From a virus: a stretch of 64,000 bases of DNA. The translations under genes were made by a program, and so were the position numbers. The stretch spans positions 1 through 64,000 of IMG/VR virus record IMGVR_UViG_3300005613_000009; one strand, 5' to 3'. The notes under the pieces are model-generated. The model ran no database searches, had not been told where the DNA came from, and worked only from the letters and a program-made list of their open reading frames with translations. Numbering within the stretch: position 1 is the first letter of the stretch; each line of letters opens with the position of its first letter. Shown in pieces: positions 1-9,812 of the stretch.

Positions 1-756
1 GTCTACACAGGTAGCATGGCTGGCTTCTGTGCCCTCGGCTTTTCTGGTTATGATAGTGGGGGAAGTAGCCTCTGTGTCGTGGTAGGCCGATATAGTAGCC
101 TCTGCATCGGCTGAGTCTTTGGATACTTCAAACACTTCCCCGGTGACAGTGACCGTTGTGCCGTCATCACTCACCGCCGAGTCCTCGAACCCACTGGCTC
201 CCATTTTGGGGATGTTGTTGTCGGTGACGTTGGTGGCGTCAAAAGTAGTCCCTTGCATACTTCCAGTGCTAACTATGTTTTTATTATATGACCAATTTCC
301 ACTTGAATCTATAGTCAGCGTTCCGGTTGTGCCCGCATTGCCGTCTGTGTAGTCAACCGAGCCGTCATTGACTTGAAAGACTTCGTTTGTGCCATCAGAT
401 GAGACGGTGAAGACGCCATTACCTGTGATAGCACCAGCAGTAGATGTACCAGTAGTCGTAATATTGCGCCCCTGAAAATCAACGTCTCCATCTGCGTCAA
501 CATGCAACCATGTATCCAAAGATCCAGCAATCATCTGCTGAAAATAAATATCGATATCTTCGGTCCCAGATCCTGTGTCTGTAGGATCTATATAAATTTT
601 AGCTTGGTCATCAGAATCTGTAGTGTCTGAACTTGTAAAAATGATACCGGGATCAACACCAAATAGATGTAAATCTCCCATGATAATTTCTTCACCTGCA
701 TGGCTGTTAAAGGCAACACCAAAAATCATCAAAAGTAAAAAGATATATTTTTTCAT
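1..756 (-). CDS. Signal-peptide-bearing fibre-like protein, truncated at window edge (not in ORF track)
   Basis: Manual translation from ATG at 756 stays open for 252 codons to position 1. It begins MKKYIFLLLMIFGVAFNSHA-GEE (Sec-type signal), has a G/T/D-rich body and contains VTDNNIPKMGASGFEDSAVSDDGTTVTVTG, shared with 28386..29195. Confidence 0.8.
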   Translation of the reverse strand, partial: MKKYIFLLLMIFGVAFNSHAGEEIIMGDLHLFGVDPGIIFTSSDTTDSDDQAKIYIDPTDTGSGTEDIDIYFQQMIAGSLDTWLHVDADGDVDFQGRNITTTGTSTAGAITGNGVFTVSSDGTNEVFQVNDGSVDYTDGNAGTTGTLTIDSSGNWSYNKNIVSTGSMQGTTFDATNVTDNNIPKMGASGFEDSAVSDDGTTVTVTGEVFEVSKDSADAEATISAYHDTEATSPTIITRKAEGTEASHATCVD

Positions 757-758
757 TA

Positions 759-1325
759 TTAAACTCCTAAAAGTTTACGACTTACATAACAAGACCAATC
801 ATCACTTGTTGTTGTACACCGTAACCGGACAGTATTCGTAGATTTATCAACCGAGAAAGAAACAACTCCAAGTGTTGTTCCTATATCTGCTGTTGCTGAC
901 TCTCTGTATTTAGGTGTTGAATCAGCGACCGTATCCCAACAGGCCACAATAGTTCCTGCTCTCATATTAGTTCTGCTTCCATTATCAAGAACATAATGCC
1001 AAACAGCACCAAAAGCTAAATCGTCAGCAAAACTATCAACCGTTTCTGTTCCTGTATCAATGTCTGTGTTTTCAGCGGCAGCGTCCGTTGAATTTGTAAC
1101 GCCTTGTAATATCCAATTTTTAGTCCCAGGATTTGTATCGGGAACGATAATATCAGGAGAAGATTCGGCAGCACCATTTGATGCATCAAGTCTATACTCA
1201 TATTTAATATTAGATACATAGCATAGTCCAATATCGCCTTCGATCAGATCATCCCCATTTACTCCATCTAATGCTGTTGATGCTCCACCAGTCAAACTGT
1301 CTTTGATATATACTGTTCTTGCCAT
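759..1325 (-). CDS. Tail-tip accessory/fibre-like protein
   Basis: ORF 759..1343; more likely start MARTVY at 1325, just after the upstream TAG at 1327. Lies in the tail-tip cluster. Confidence 0.6.
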   Translation of the reverse strand: MARTVYIKDSLTGGASTALDGVNGDDLIEGDIGLCYVSNIKYEYRLDASNGAAESSPDIIVPDTNPGTKNWILQGVTNSTDAAAENTDIDTGTETVDSFADDLAFGAVWHYVLDNGSRTNMRAGTIVACWDTVADSTPKYRESATADIGTTLGVVSFSVDKSTNTVRLRCTTTSDDWSCYVSRKLLGV

Positions 1326-1326
1326 T

Positions 1327-2208
1327 CTAAATTGCCTCCACAATAGATAATGAAACTTCTGAGTCTAATGGGAATAAATGTGAACCAGAAAATCCGCCAG
1401 AAGGAATATAGCCCAATACCACCCAATATTCTGTTGATAGACTTTCCGCTAAATACCAAGCAAGCGGTTCGCCCTTTGCTTGAACGATAATATTATGCAA
1501 TAATGTATAAAAATCAGAATTTCGAGTAATGTCTAACCTACATTCAAAGTTTTTAATGTTTTGGATTGCATTGTTTATATAAATGTAGCCATAAGATAAA
1601 TCATTAATTATACTTGTGGATGTTCTGCTTTCAGTAACCCCTGGACGAATATCATTAAATGAGTAAGCATATCCAGCTCTAATAGCCCCTACTTGTACAA
1701 CTTCCCCAACAGGAGCTTCAAGATATAGGGTAAGATCAATTGGAATTGATTGCAATCCATAATTTATCCATACAGTTAAAGGATTAACTAAATAGTTAGC
1801 TCTAATTGATGTCTCATGATCTTGATCCCATTGAGCATTTGAAAAAACTCTTGCGTCGTCTTCCCAGATTATATTTGAGGCTTCCATAGTACCGTTATTT
1901 GCTTCGCTTGGGATATAAATTTGCCCCCATTGAATTTCTGAAAACCAATCATTCCCAGACGCCCAAATAATTTCAGGAGTAGTACTTCCATTAACTGTTA
2001 GAAACTGTATCCCAATGATTTCTGCATTTGTGTTAAATAAAGCAAAAGCATTTGATCCAGAGTTTACTTGGCAAATTAATGTCGCATATTGCCCGGTACT
2101 TTTCCATACATCAGTTGTATGTTTGCTGTAAAGATTGCTTACCGGATAATCACTATCTTCGTCTGAAGCAGAAATTGAATTAATTTTATCTGGATAAATT
2201 ACTTTCAT
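1327..2208 (-). CDS. Tail-tip protein (distal-tail-like), paralog A
   Basis: 293 aa. N-terminus MKVIYPDKINSISASDEDSDYPVSNL is homologous to the neighbouring gene, as are the C-terminal motifs (YWVVLG/YWTILG, SGSH). Confidence 0.55.
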   Translation of the reverse strand: MKVIYPDKINSISASDEDSDYPVSNLYSKHTTDVWKSTGQYATLICQVNSGSNAFALFNTNAEIIGIQFLTVNGSTTPEIIWASGNDWFSEIQWGQIYIPSEANNGTMEASNIIWEDDARVFSNAQWDQDHETSIRANYLVNPLTVWINYGLQSIPIDLTLYLEAPVGEVVQVGAIRAGYAYSFNDIRPGVTESRTSTSIINDLSYGYIYINNAIQNIKNFECRLDITRNSDFYTLLHNIIVQAKGEPLAWYLAESLSTEYWVVLGYIPSGGFSGSHLFPLDSEVSLSIVEAI

Positions 2209-2209
2209 T

Positions 2210-2923
2210 TTAGGGTACTTCCTCTATTCTAAAAGATACAATGCTATGATTTGGATAATCATGTGACCCGCTTGGTATTTCTCGGAACCAGCCCAATATA
2301 GTCCAGTAAACATTATCAAGATCTGAGATTAAAAAAGCATAAATTCTATCCCCGGCAATATCAATGAAGTCATGGGTAATATCGTGGAACTGAGATTCTC
2401 GTTCAATTAAAATCTGTCCACTAAAAGTTCTTAATAATGGTTTTGGAATAATATCAATTGTATTGTTGTTTAAAGGTTTTACTATTGAAAAATCAAGTAT
2501 ACCCTCTGAAACTCCAAAATCAGGATTAACAAATAAACTTTCGACAGCACCAACATGAATGGCACCCACTTCGACTACAGTATTGTCTGGAGAAGTGAAA
2601 TCAATAACTATTTTGTGCGCTATTGTTTGCTGAGTATAATCCTGCCAAAAATTTCTAATTGTATATATAGATAAATCTTTGGTATAACTTTCAATTAGAA
2701 CGTCCCCTGCTGTTTTGATTGATATTGTAACACTATCTGCATTGGTATTAAAAATTGCGACAGCTTTAGAATAAGCATCTACAACAATGGTAAGTGTTGC
2801 TGTAGATGCCGTTGCTTTCCAAACCTTTTTCTGCATATTATTCTGGACATTAGAAGCAGGATATTCAGCGTTCTCTGTGTCTGCTGATACAGAACTTATT
2901 CGGTCTGGATAAATTGCTTTCAT
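2210..2923 (-). CDS. Tail-tip protein (distal-tail-like), paralog B
   Basis: 237 aa, MKAIYPDRISSVSADTENAEYPASNV; tandem paralog of 1327..2208. Confidence 0.55.
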   Translation of the reverse strand: MKAIYPDRISSVSADTENAEYPASNVQNNMQKKVWKATASTATLTIVVDAYSKAVAIFNTNADSVTISIKTAGDVLIESYTKDLSIYTIRNFWQDYTQQTIAHKIVIDFTSPDNTVVEVGAIHVGAVESLFVNPDFGVSEGILDFSIVKPLNNNTIDIIPKPLLRTFSGQILIERESQFHDITHDFIDIAGDRIYAFLISDLDNVYWTILGWFREIPSGSHDYPNHSIVSFRIEEVP

Positions 2924-3360
2924 TACTCAACCTTTAAAAATGGTAACAAGAAATCTGTTACCTTTACTGGACATTTATTACTACCAAGTTTGTCTAAGTC
3001 AATTTTAATTTTTGATGTGTTTAACTTTACTTCGATTTCAAACAACTCTTCCATTTCTTTTGTGAACTTTGGTACGTCTGTGATTTTAACAACTTGAGTT
3101 GCTTGATCAATTGCTGGTTTTCCGTCTGGACCTTTCTCAGCATACTTTGCGGCAAGTTTTGATCTTGCTTCTGTAAATAAAGCCATTTTATCTCTGACTT
3201 CAGCCATTACAGAACTCAGCATATAACTATCTCTGACTGATCCAAGTTCAAGATTTTTAATTGCTTGATCCGTATCCGGTGTAAACATGGTTAAATGACT
3301 GTTTTTGAACACGATAGTCTCTTTTTCCCTTTTGGTTTTATTTCTTTCTCCCTTTCCCAT
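2923..3360 (-). CDS. Helical hypothetical protein adjacent to tail fibre (DUF1617-like)
   Basis: 145 aa, strong SD GGGAGG. ARSKLAAKYAEKGPDG resembles small fibre-adjacent phage proteins; family name from memory. Confidence 0.5.
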   Translation of the reverse strand: MGKGERNKTKREKETIVFKNSHLTMFTPDTDQAIKNLELGSVRDSYMLSSVMAEVRDKMALFTEARSKLAAKYAEKGPDGKPAIDQATQVVKITDVPKFTKEMEELFEIEVKLNTSKIKIDLDKLGSNKCPVKVTDFLLPFLKVE

Positions 3361-3425
3361 TTTAATTCCTCCCCGTTCTGTTAAAGGTTTATTGGTTATT
3401 TTTGTGTAAAAGCCATTCTGTTCTC

Positions 3426-6400
3426 CTACGATAAAGTATAAATGGGGATAAAGTAATCCGCGTCTGCGATCTGATTGCCGTCATCCTGTACGTTTATTTT
3501 TAACCAACCTGCCCTTGTTTCACCACCTTGATCCCCTTCATCTACAATAGACCGATCAATATTTCCTGATGTTGCTGTTCCAACAAATTTGATAAAGTCT
3601 TCATCGATGTCTGCCTGGTCTAACAGAAGAACAGGCTGTGCACCAGTGGTGGAGGTTTGGTCTATATGGAGCTGAGCGGCGGGTGCAGCCGTGCCAATCC
3701 CGACATCACCGCCGCCGATCTGGAAATAACTGTTGGCCCCATCAACCCCAATTTGCGCATGCACAGTATTAGTCCCATCACCTTTAAGAAGCTTTAATAA
3801 CTTTGTTCCAGATGTGTCCGTAGTCCGAAATAAAGTGCAGGTTGCGTCGCCTGTATTGTCCTCTGGGTTTGGATGAATGCCGATTACTGCTTCTCCTGAA
3901 TTGACTGTTTGAATAAGGTTAGTTTGTGATCCTGTGGCTGCATCAATCTCAAAATAACTGCTGCCATCGTCGTCATCCTGTATTTTCAGCCGTGCATCTG
4001 ATCCGTATAAATGCAACAAAGCCGAAGGCGTAACGGTACCCAACCCAACCTGCCCACCATCCTCTACAAATATACCGTTTTCGTCATCGTCATAGAGTTT
4101 TAATCCGTCACCATCTATTGCCCGTACTTGGTCTGTAGCGATGTACTTGGCGTCACCTTGGATTAAATTATCGTCTAAAGTGAGAATTCCGGTGAATCTC
4201 CCAGTACCATTTACATCTAATTTATGTGTAGGAGTTGAATCATTAATGCCAACATTACAATCTAAGAAATTGATTTCATCAGGTGTTTGGTTGTCAAATT
4301 CTATTCTTGCGGCAGCAGCACCAAGGCCAATCCAAAAATCGTCAGTGACAATGAGACGTGGGGAAATTCCGATATAAGAATCATCACTATTAGATTCATC
4401 ACTCCATAAATCGATATAAACTGAGCCACCCGTTGTATTAAACGCTCCTATCCCTGCTCTAAATGCAACACTATCATAATGACTGCACCATACTGTTGAA
4501 TAACAACCACTGGATATTAAACCTGTTTCATATGTGATATCTTGTGCAGCATATCCTCTTATTCCACTAAAACGATTTGAGCAACCAAGCCCATAAGCTG
4601 CACCAACAGCATAAATACCAATATCGTCGTCACTCGGATAAATAACTAATTCCTTGCCTTCATAATCACTAGTTATTTGTAGCGTATCGTCATCATCAAC
4701 TCCGAAAACTATCATTGATCGATTGCTATCTGATGATCCAGATTCTGCTTGCATAAAAATGTCACCACCAGGTGAAAAAGTAATATCACCACCACTATAA
4801 ACATTAAGCGCACCATATAAATCAAAGGCTTCCCCGCTTGCCATTTTAATACTTAAAGCAGATCCATCCCATTTAAAATATGAATCAGCATCCCCAGCAT
4901 TTAATTTATAAGCACCGGAATGATATCCAAGCCAAATACCTGCATCTGTATCATCATAAGTTGTTTTGCCATCCGTATAAAGAGATCCAGAAGAATCAAT
5001 AACGAACGTGCCGCCTGTAATCGTAGCAGTTGAAGTGAATGCACCTGTCATTGTAACATTGCCGGAAGTATCCCAGATAAAATTGCCAGAAGCAAGTTTA
5101 CCAGATCCGTCAACATTAAGATAATTCTTTGAATCCCCAACAGCAGTTGCACCAGTCCAAATCCCTACTGCGGCTTTCATTTGAACTCTTGTTACTCCTG
5201 TTCCAGCATACAAGCCTTCTGTGGTATCAACGGTAAACCCGCCAATGGTTCCACCAGTAGCTGTTAGATTGCCTGATGTAACTGTTCCTGTAATAGTAGC
5301 AGAAGTAGCATCCAGAGCTCCGGCTTCTGATACCCTAAATGGCGCATCTCCGAAAGCCGTGGCCCCAGCCCAGAATCCAGCTCCTGGTTTCATCTGAACT
5401 CTGGTTGCTCCGGTACCGGCATACAAGCCTTCAGTTCCATCAATGGTAAACCCGGCCACAGTGCCAGAAGAGGCTGTCAATGCTCCAGCTTTAGTTACAC
5501 TAAATGGAGCAGAAGCGTATGTGGCGTGGCCTATGGCTAATCGATATGTAGCGTCTGCGGCATCTATGGCAATAATATCATTTGATGTACCAGCTGTTAT
5601 TTTCGTATTTCCTGAATCTAAGGTTAAATTTCCACCAGTTAAAGTTGTTGCGCCAATAGTCCAACCGCCGATAGTTCCAAGCTCAGAAGTTAACGTTCCA
5701 TTTTCAACCTTGAACTTTTCTCCAACTGACATCTTATTATTAGGGCCATCAATGTAAATTCTATTGGCTGTAGCGTATGAATCAGTTCCAGTCCCAAGAC
5801 TCAATACTCCAGATGATTTTAAAATAGAATTAGTACCTGTTAATGCTGTAGAACTTACCGTCCAATTTGCAAGCATTATTTTAGTATCAGAAATTTCAAA
5901 TACTTCTGTCGTTCCATCATCTGCGTAACCCTTAATTCCATAAACACCAGAAGATAAATAGCCAACTTCTACTCTTTTTTCTGTATTTTCATAAACAACA
6001 AGAGCAGCTGTAGATCCTGATCTTAGAACGATGCCATCAGAAGGTGAAGCAGAAGGAGTGCCAGAAACAAGGCTGTACAGATATCCAGAAATAATAGTCC
6101 ACCCGCCGATAGCCCCTGTTGTAGCCGTTATTTCTCCAGTAAGGAAAACATTTTCGCTCCAAAGACCATAACCGCTACATCCACCGACACCGGCAAGGTT
6201 CCCTAACCGAGCCTTTTCATCACCGCTATCATCTACAATAGAAATATATGGAGAATTTGTTTCTTCGGATGTGAGAAGGATACGCTGATCCCATTGGACA
6301 ACAGTTGCACCCGCAGTCCAAGAATTTGTTAAGTTTTCTGTAACCGTTATGGTATTACTGGCTATGCTATCAATAACGGCATCTTCGGTTGTACCACCTT

Positions 6401-9400
6401 CTGATAATCTAATATTGTCTGTTGCGGAAAATTGGCTGGCGTCTTCAACGACTAAATCTTTTTGCCCGCTTGCTGCATCAGAATCTAATTTTGATGCAAT
6501 TGCTACAATAAAATTACCACCAACTGCAGCGACTTCTTGATAATTAAATACCGCTCCACTTATTGATCCACGTAGTGTGAGATTGCCAAACTCTGCTGTA
6601 TCTTCAGTTATTTGAAATCCTGCTGAACCTGCGACAAAAGTGCTACTTTCAATTTTTGGGGTTGCACCATCAAGCGTAATTCCACCAACTGTTATTTTAT
6701 CATTTCCTGAATCAAGATCAATGTTTGTTGAAGATAACTTGCTTGCGGTTATTTCCCAATCTCCGATACTAACCACCCCGGCAGTTGTCCATTCTAAAGC
6801 ACGTGTTCCGGTTAACCCAACCCAGCCCGAACCATCAGAATTTAGATCAACGGTTTGAACTGTATCATTATGAATTTGAAGTCCTGATGAACTAAGAACA
6901 GAACGAGCACCAGAACCGGCTGTTTGTATTGTTCCTCCTGTGATAGTTGCTGTTGAGGTGAATGTTCCTGTCATTGTTACATCACCAGAGGCATCCCATA
7001 AGATACTCCCATCTGCTAATTTTCCAGATCCATCATTCTTAAATCCTATTTTTGCATCAGCGTAGGTTGTGGCATGACCAAGAAGAATTTCAGCGTTAGC
7101 CCCTGAATGAAGTCCAATATTGGTAGATGTAAGACTTGTCGCACCAATCGTCCAACCGCCGATAGCTCCTGTTGTAGCTGTTACCTCACCAGTGATAGTA
7201 GCAGAAGTAGCGACTAAAACTCCCGCTTCTGATACCCTAAATGGAGCATCTCCAAAAGCCGTGGCCCCAGCCCAAAACCCAGCTCCTGGTTTCATCTGAA
7301 CTCTGGTTGCGCCAGTTCCAGCATATATACCTTCAGTTCCATCAATGGTAAAACCAGCGACTGTGCCAGAGGAAGCAGTTAACTCACCAGCTTCCGTAAC
7401 TCTGAATGGGGCAGAGGCCATTGTAGCATGTCCTGCCCAGAATCTGATATCGTCTCCGCCTGTAATGGCTGACGACATACCAACTTCGCCAGCACCATCT
7501 TTGATATAATCTGTTCCAATATCCCAACCACCAATAGCGCCTGTTGTAGCCGTTACTTCTCCAGTAATAGTAGCAGATGTTGCCACCAATACTCCTGCAG
7601 CTGAAACAGTAAATACATTATTGCCAAACCCTATTCCATCAGTTCCAAGATGAACACCTGCATTGGCATCATTGTAAGCTGTTTTAGAACCTGTGTATAA
7701 ATGATTTGTATTCAGGGTAAATCCGCCAATAGCTCCACCTGTTGCAGTTATATTATCTGATGTAATTGTTCCTGTAATATCGGCAGAAGTCGCAACTAAA
7801 ACTCCTGCGGCTGAAACAGTAAATACATTATCTCCGATACCAATTCCATCGGAACCTAAATGAATACCTGCATTGGCATCATCATAAGCTGTTTTTGATT
7901 CCGTATAAAGATATGTTCCAATGGTAAAAGATCCAATAGTTCCAGATGTTGCTGTTATTTCGCCTGTTATATTAGCATCAGAAGCAGTTAACTCACCAGC
8001 TTCCGTAACTCTGAATGGAGCAGAAGCCATTGTAGCATGTCCCGCCCAGAATCGAATGTCGTCTCCACCAGTAATGGCCGATGACATTCCAACTTCAGCA
8101 CCACCATCTCTGATATAATCAGTTCCAATATCCCAGCCACCAATGGCTCCAGTTATAGCCGTTACTTCTCCCGTGATAGTAGCAGAAGATGCGACTAAGA
8201 CTCCTGCTTCTGATACCCTGAATGGCGCACTACCAAATGCAGTAGCTCCAGCCCAAAACCCAGCTCCGGGTTTCATTTGAACTCTGGTTGCATCTGTACC
8301 GGCATAGATGCCTTCAGTCCCATCGATAGTAAATCCAGCGACTGTTCCAGAGGAAGCAGTTAATGCCCCTGCTTTTGTTACTCTGAATGGAGCAGAGGCA
8401 TACGTTGCATGACCTATCGCAAGCCTATATGTTGCGTCTGCTGCATCAATCGTAATAATATCATTTGATGTTCCAGCTGTTATTTTTGTATTTCCTGAAT
8501 CTAATGTCAGATTGCCACCGGTTAGGGTAGTCGCACCGATAGTCCATCCACCAATAGCGCCTGTTGTAGCTGTTACCTCACCAGTGATAGTAGCTGATGT
8601 TGCAACCAATTCACCAGCTTCTGATACACTGAATGGGGCATCTCCGAAAGCTGTAGCTCCAGCCCAAATGCCTGTGCCCGATTTTAATTGAATTCTGGTT
8701 ACGCCAGTTCCAACATATAACCCTTCTGTAGCATCAATCGTAAATCCAGCAATAGTTCCTCCAGTGGCTAATATATTTGAAACACTCAATTGACCAGCAG
8801 CAGTTAATTCTGTATTCGTTCCTTTCCATGAGATTGCTGAACCATTGAAATTAAAATACTGATTAGCCCCATCACCAATATAAGCTCGCGGAGTTCCATC
8901 ATTATAATCAAGTTGAATGCCTTCGTTACCAAAAGTAGGATCATTAATTGATATTTTTTTAGCACTCGAATCCAGTTTGATATTATTACCATCTGAAAAT
9001 GAATTATCATCAAGAGTAAATCCGGCAATCATTTTTTGAGTATCTGAAATCTCCATTAAGAGATCTGAGCCATTGTCAGCATAAAGCTTAATACCATATA
9101 CACCAGCATCAAGATAACCAAGTTCAACTCGTTTGTCAGTATTTTCATAAATTGTAATGACAGACTCAGAACCAGATTTGAGGACAATACCATCCGCAGG
9201 TGTAACGATTGCTGTACCTGAAGCAAGAGAATAAAGATATCCGTCGATAATAACCCATCCACCGATAAATCCAGATGTAGTTGTGATTGAACCAGAAAGA
9301 ATAGCAGAACTCGCTGTAAGAACACCGGCATCGGATAACTCTGTACTTTGAGCCTTCCAAGAAATATTTGTTCCATCAAATTGAAAATATTTGTTTTCAC

Positions 9401-9812
9401 CGTCTCCAGCATAAAATTTTGCTGCGTCTGAAATCCAACCAATTTGTATGCCAGTATTTCCAAAAGTGCTGTCTTTGATAGCGATTAATTCGTTGTCCAG
9501 ATCCAATTTTGTCCCGCTCACTCCATCAGACCAATTATTACTTTTGATAGCCCCTGTTACAATTTGATTTCCATCCCATACTTCAGGTCCAAATCCGACA
9601 TCTTCGATCCAAACCCCAGTAGTATTAAAATCATCAGGTCTTATTTTATATGGATGATTGGTTGTATCATTTTCATCAACCGCTGAACTATCATAAACCA
9701 TTTTACGGGCAAGAGATCCGTGCCAGATATAGGCAATGTCTTCATCAGAAATATTTACTCTTGAAATAGCTGCAAGTGTGGCATCAGTACCAAAATGAAT
9801 TACATCTCCCAT
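3426..9812 (-). CDS. Long tail fibre / receptor-binding protein, 2128 aa
   Basis: G/A/T-rich repeated beta modules joined by ATITGEVTATTGAIGGW linkers; C-terminal VGIGT..P...LH repeats; position in the tail-tip cluster. Confidence 0.85.
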   Translation of the reverse strand: MGDVIHFGTDATLAAISRVNISDEDIAYIWHGSLARKMVYDSSAVDENDTTNHPYKIRPDDFNTTGVWIEDVGFGPEVWDGNQIVTGAIKSNNWSDGVSGTKLDLDNELIAIKDSTFGNTGIQIGWISDAAKFYAGDGENKYFQFDGTNISWKAQSTELSDAGVLTASSAILSGSITTTSGFIGGWVIIDGYLYSLASGTAIVTPADGIVLKSGSESVITIYENTDKRVELGYLDAGVYGIKLYADNGSDLLMEISDTQKMIAGFTLDDNSFSDGNNIKLDSSAKKISINDPTFGNEGIQLDYNDGTPRAYIGDGANQYFNFNGSAISWKGTNTELTAAGQLSVSNILATGGTIAGFTIDATEGLYVGTGVTRIQLKSGTGIWAGATAFGDAPFSVSEAGELVATSATITGEVTATTGAIGGWTIGATTLTGGNLTLDSGNTKITAGTSNDIITIDAADATYRLAIGHATYASAPFRVTKAGALTASSGTVAGFTIDGTEGIYAGTDATRVQMKPGAGFWAGATAFGSAPFRVSEAGVLVASSATITGEVTAITGAIGGWDIGTDYIRDGGAEVGMSSAITGGDDIRFWAGHATMASAPFRVTEAGELTASDANITGEITATSGTIGSFTIGTYLYTESKTAYDDANAGIHLGSDGIGIGDNVFTVSAAGVLVATSADITGTITSDNITATGGAIGGFTLNTNHLYTGSKTAYNDANAGVHLGTDGIGFGNNVFTVSAAGVLVATSATITGEVTATTGAIGGWDIGTDYIKDGAGEVGMSSAITGGDDIRFWAGHATMASAPFRVTEAGELTASSGTVAGFTIDGTEGIYAGTGATRVQMKPGAGFWAGATAFGDAPFRVSEAGVLVATSATITGEVTATTGAIGGWTIGATSLTSTNIGLHSGANAEILLGHATTYADAKIGFKNDGSGKLADGSILWDASGDVTMTGTFTSTATITGGTIQTAGSGARSVLSSSGLQIHNDTVQTVDLNSDGSGWVGLTGTRALEWTTAGVVSIGDWEITASKLSSTNIDLDSGNDKITVGGITLDGATPKIESSTFVAGSAGFQITEDTAEFGNLTLRGSISGAVFNYQEVAAVGGNFIVAIASKLDSDAASGQKDLVVEDASQFSATDNIRLSEGGTTEDAVIDSIASNTITVTENLTNSWTAGATVVQWDQRILLTSEETNSPYISIVDDSGDEKARLGNLAGVGGCSGYGLWSENVFLTGEITATTGAIGGWTIISGYLYSLVSGTPSASPSDGIVLRSGSTAALVVYENTEKRVEVGYLSSGVYGIKGYADDGTTEVFEISDTKIMLANWTVSSTALTGTNSILKSSGVLSLGTGTDSYATANRIYIDGPNNKMSVGEKFKVENGTLTSELGTIGGWTIGATTLTGGNLTLDSGNTKITAGTSNDIIAIDAADATYRLAIGHATYASAPFSVTKAGALTASSGTVAGFTIDGTEGLYAGTGATRVQMKPGAGFWAGATAFGDAPFRVSEAGALDATSATITGTVTSGNLTATGGTIGGFTVDTTEGLYAGTGVTRVQMKAAVGIWTGATAVGDSKNYLNVDGSGKLASGNFIWDTSGNVTMTGAFTSTATITGGTFVIDSSGSLYTDGKTTYDDTDAGIWLGYHSGAYKLNAGDADSYFKWDGSALSIKMASGEAFDLYGALNVYSGGDITFSPGGDIFMQAESGSSDSNRSMIVFGVDDDDTLQITSDYEGKELVIYPSDDDIGIYAVGAAYGLGCSNRFSGIRGYAAQDITYETGLISSGCYSTVWCSHYDSVAFRAGIGAFNTTGGSVYIDLWSDESNSDDSYIGISPRLIVTDDFWIGLGAAAARIEFDNQTPDEINFLDCNVGINDSTPTHKLDVNGTGRFTGILTLDDNLIQGDAKYIATDQVRAIDGDGLKLYDDDENGIFVEDGGQVGLGTVTPSALLHLYGSDARLKIQDDDDGSSYFEIDAATGSQTNLIQTVNSGEAVIGIHPNPEDNTGDATCTLFRTTDTSGTKLLKLLKGDGTNTVHAQIGVDGANSYFQIGGGDVGIGTAAPAAQLHIDQTSTTGAQPVLLLDQADIDEDFIKFVGTATSGNIDRSIVDEGDQGGETRAGWLKINVQDDGNQIADADYFIPIYTLS
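4860..9480 (-). repeat. Dispersed internal repeat modules of the fibre gene (at least 7 module types, 2-5 copies each)
   Basis: Examples: GFTIDGTEG(I/L)YAGT..TRVQMKPGAGFWAGATAFG x5; DDIRFWAGHATMASAPFRVTEAG x2; KTAY(D/N)DANAG(I/V)HLG x2; AADATYRLAIGHATYASAPF x2; YENT(D/E)KRVE(L/V)GYL x2. Also visible at DNA level. Boundaries approximate. Confidence 0.9.

Noticed and set aside
315-530. Minus-strand 71-aa ORF in the track
   Set aside because: It is out of frame within the longer 1..756 ORF, which has the signal peptide and the shared cassette.
3426-9812. Diversity-generating retroelement acting on the fibre
   Set aside because: No reverse transcriptase in the window, and the repeats are in-frame coding modules rather than a TR/VR pair with adenine-specific differences. 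A DGR outside the window cannot be excluded.
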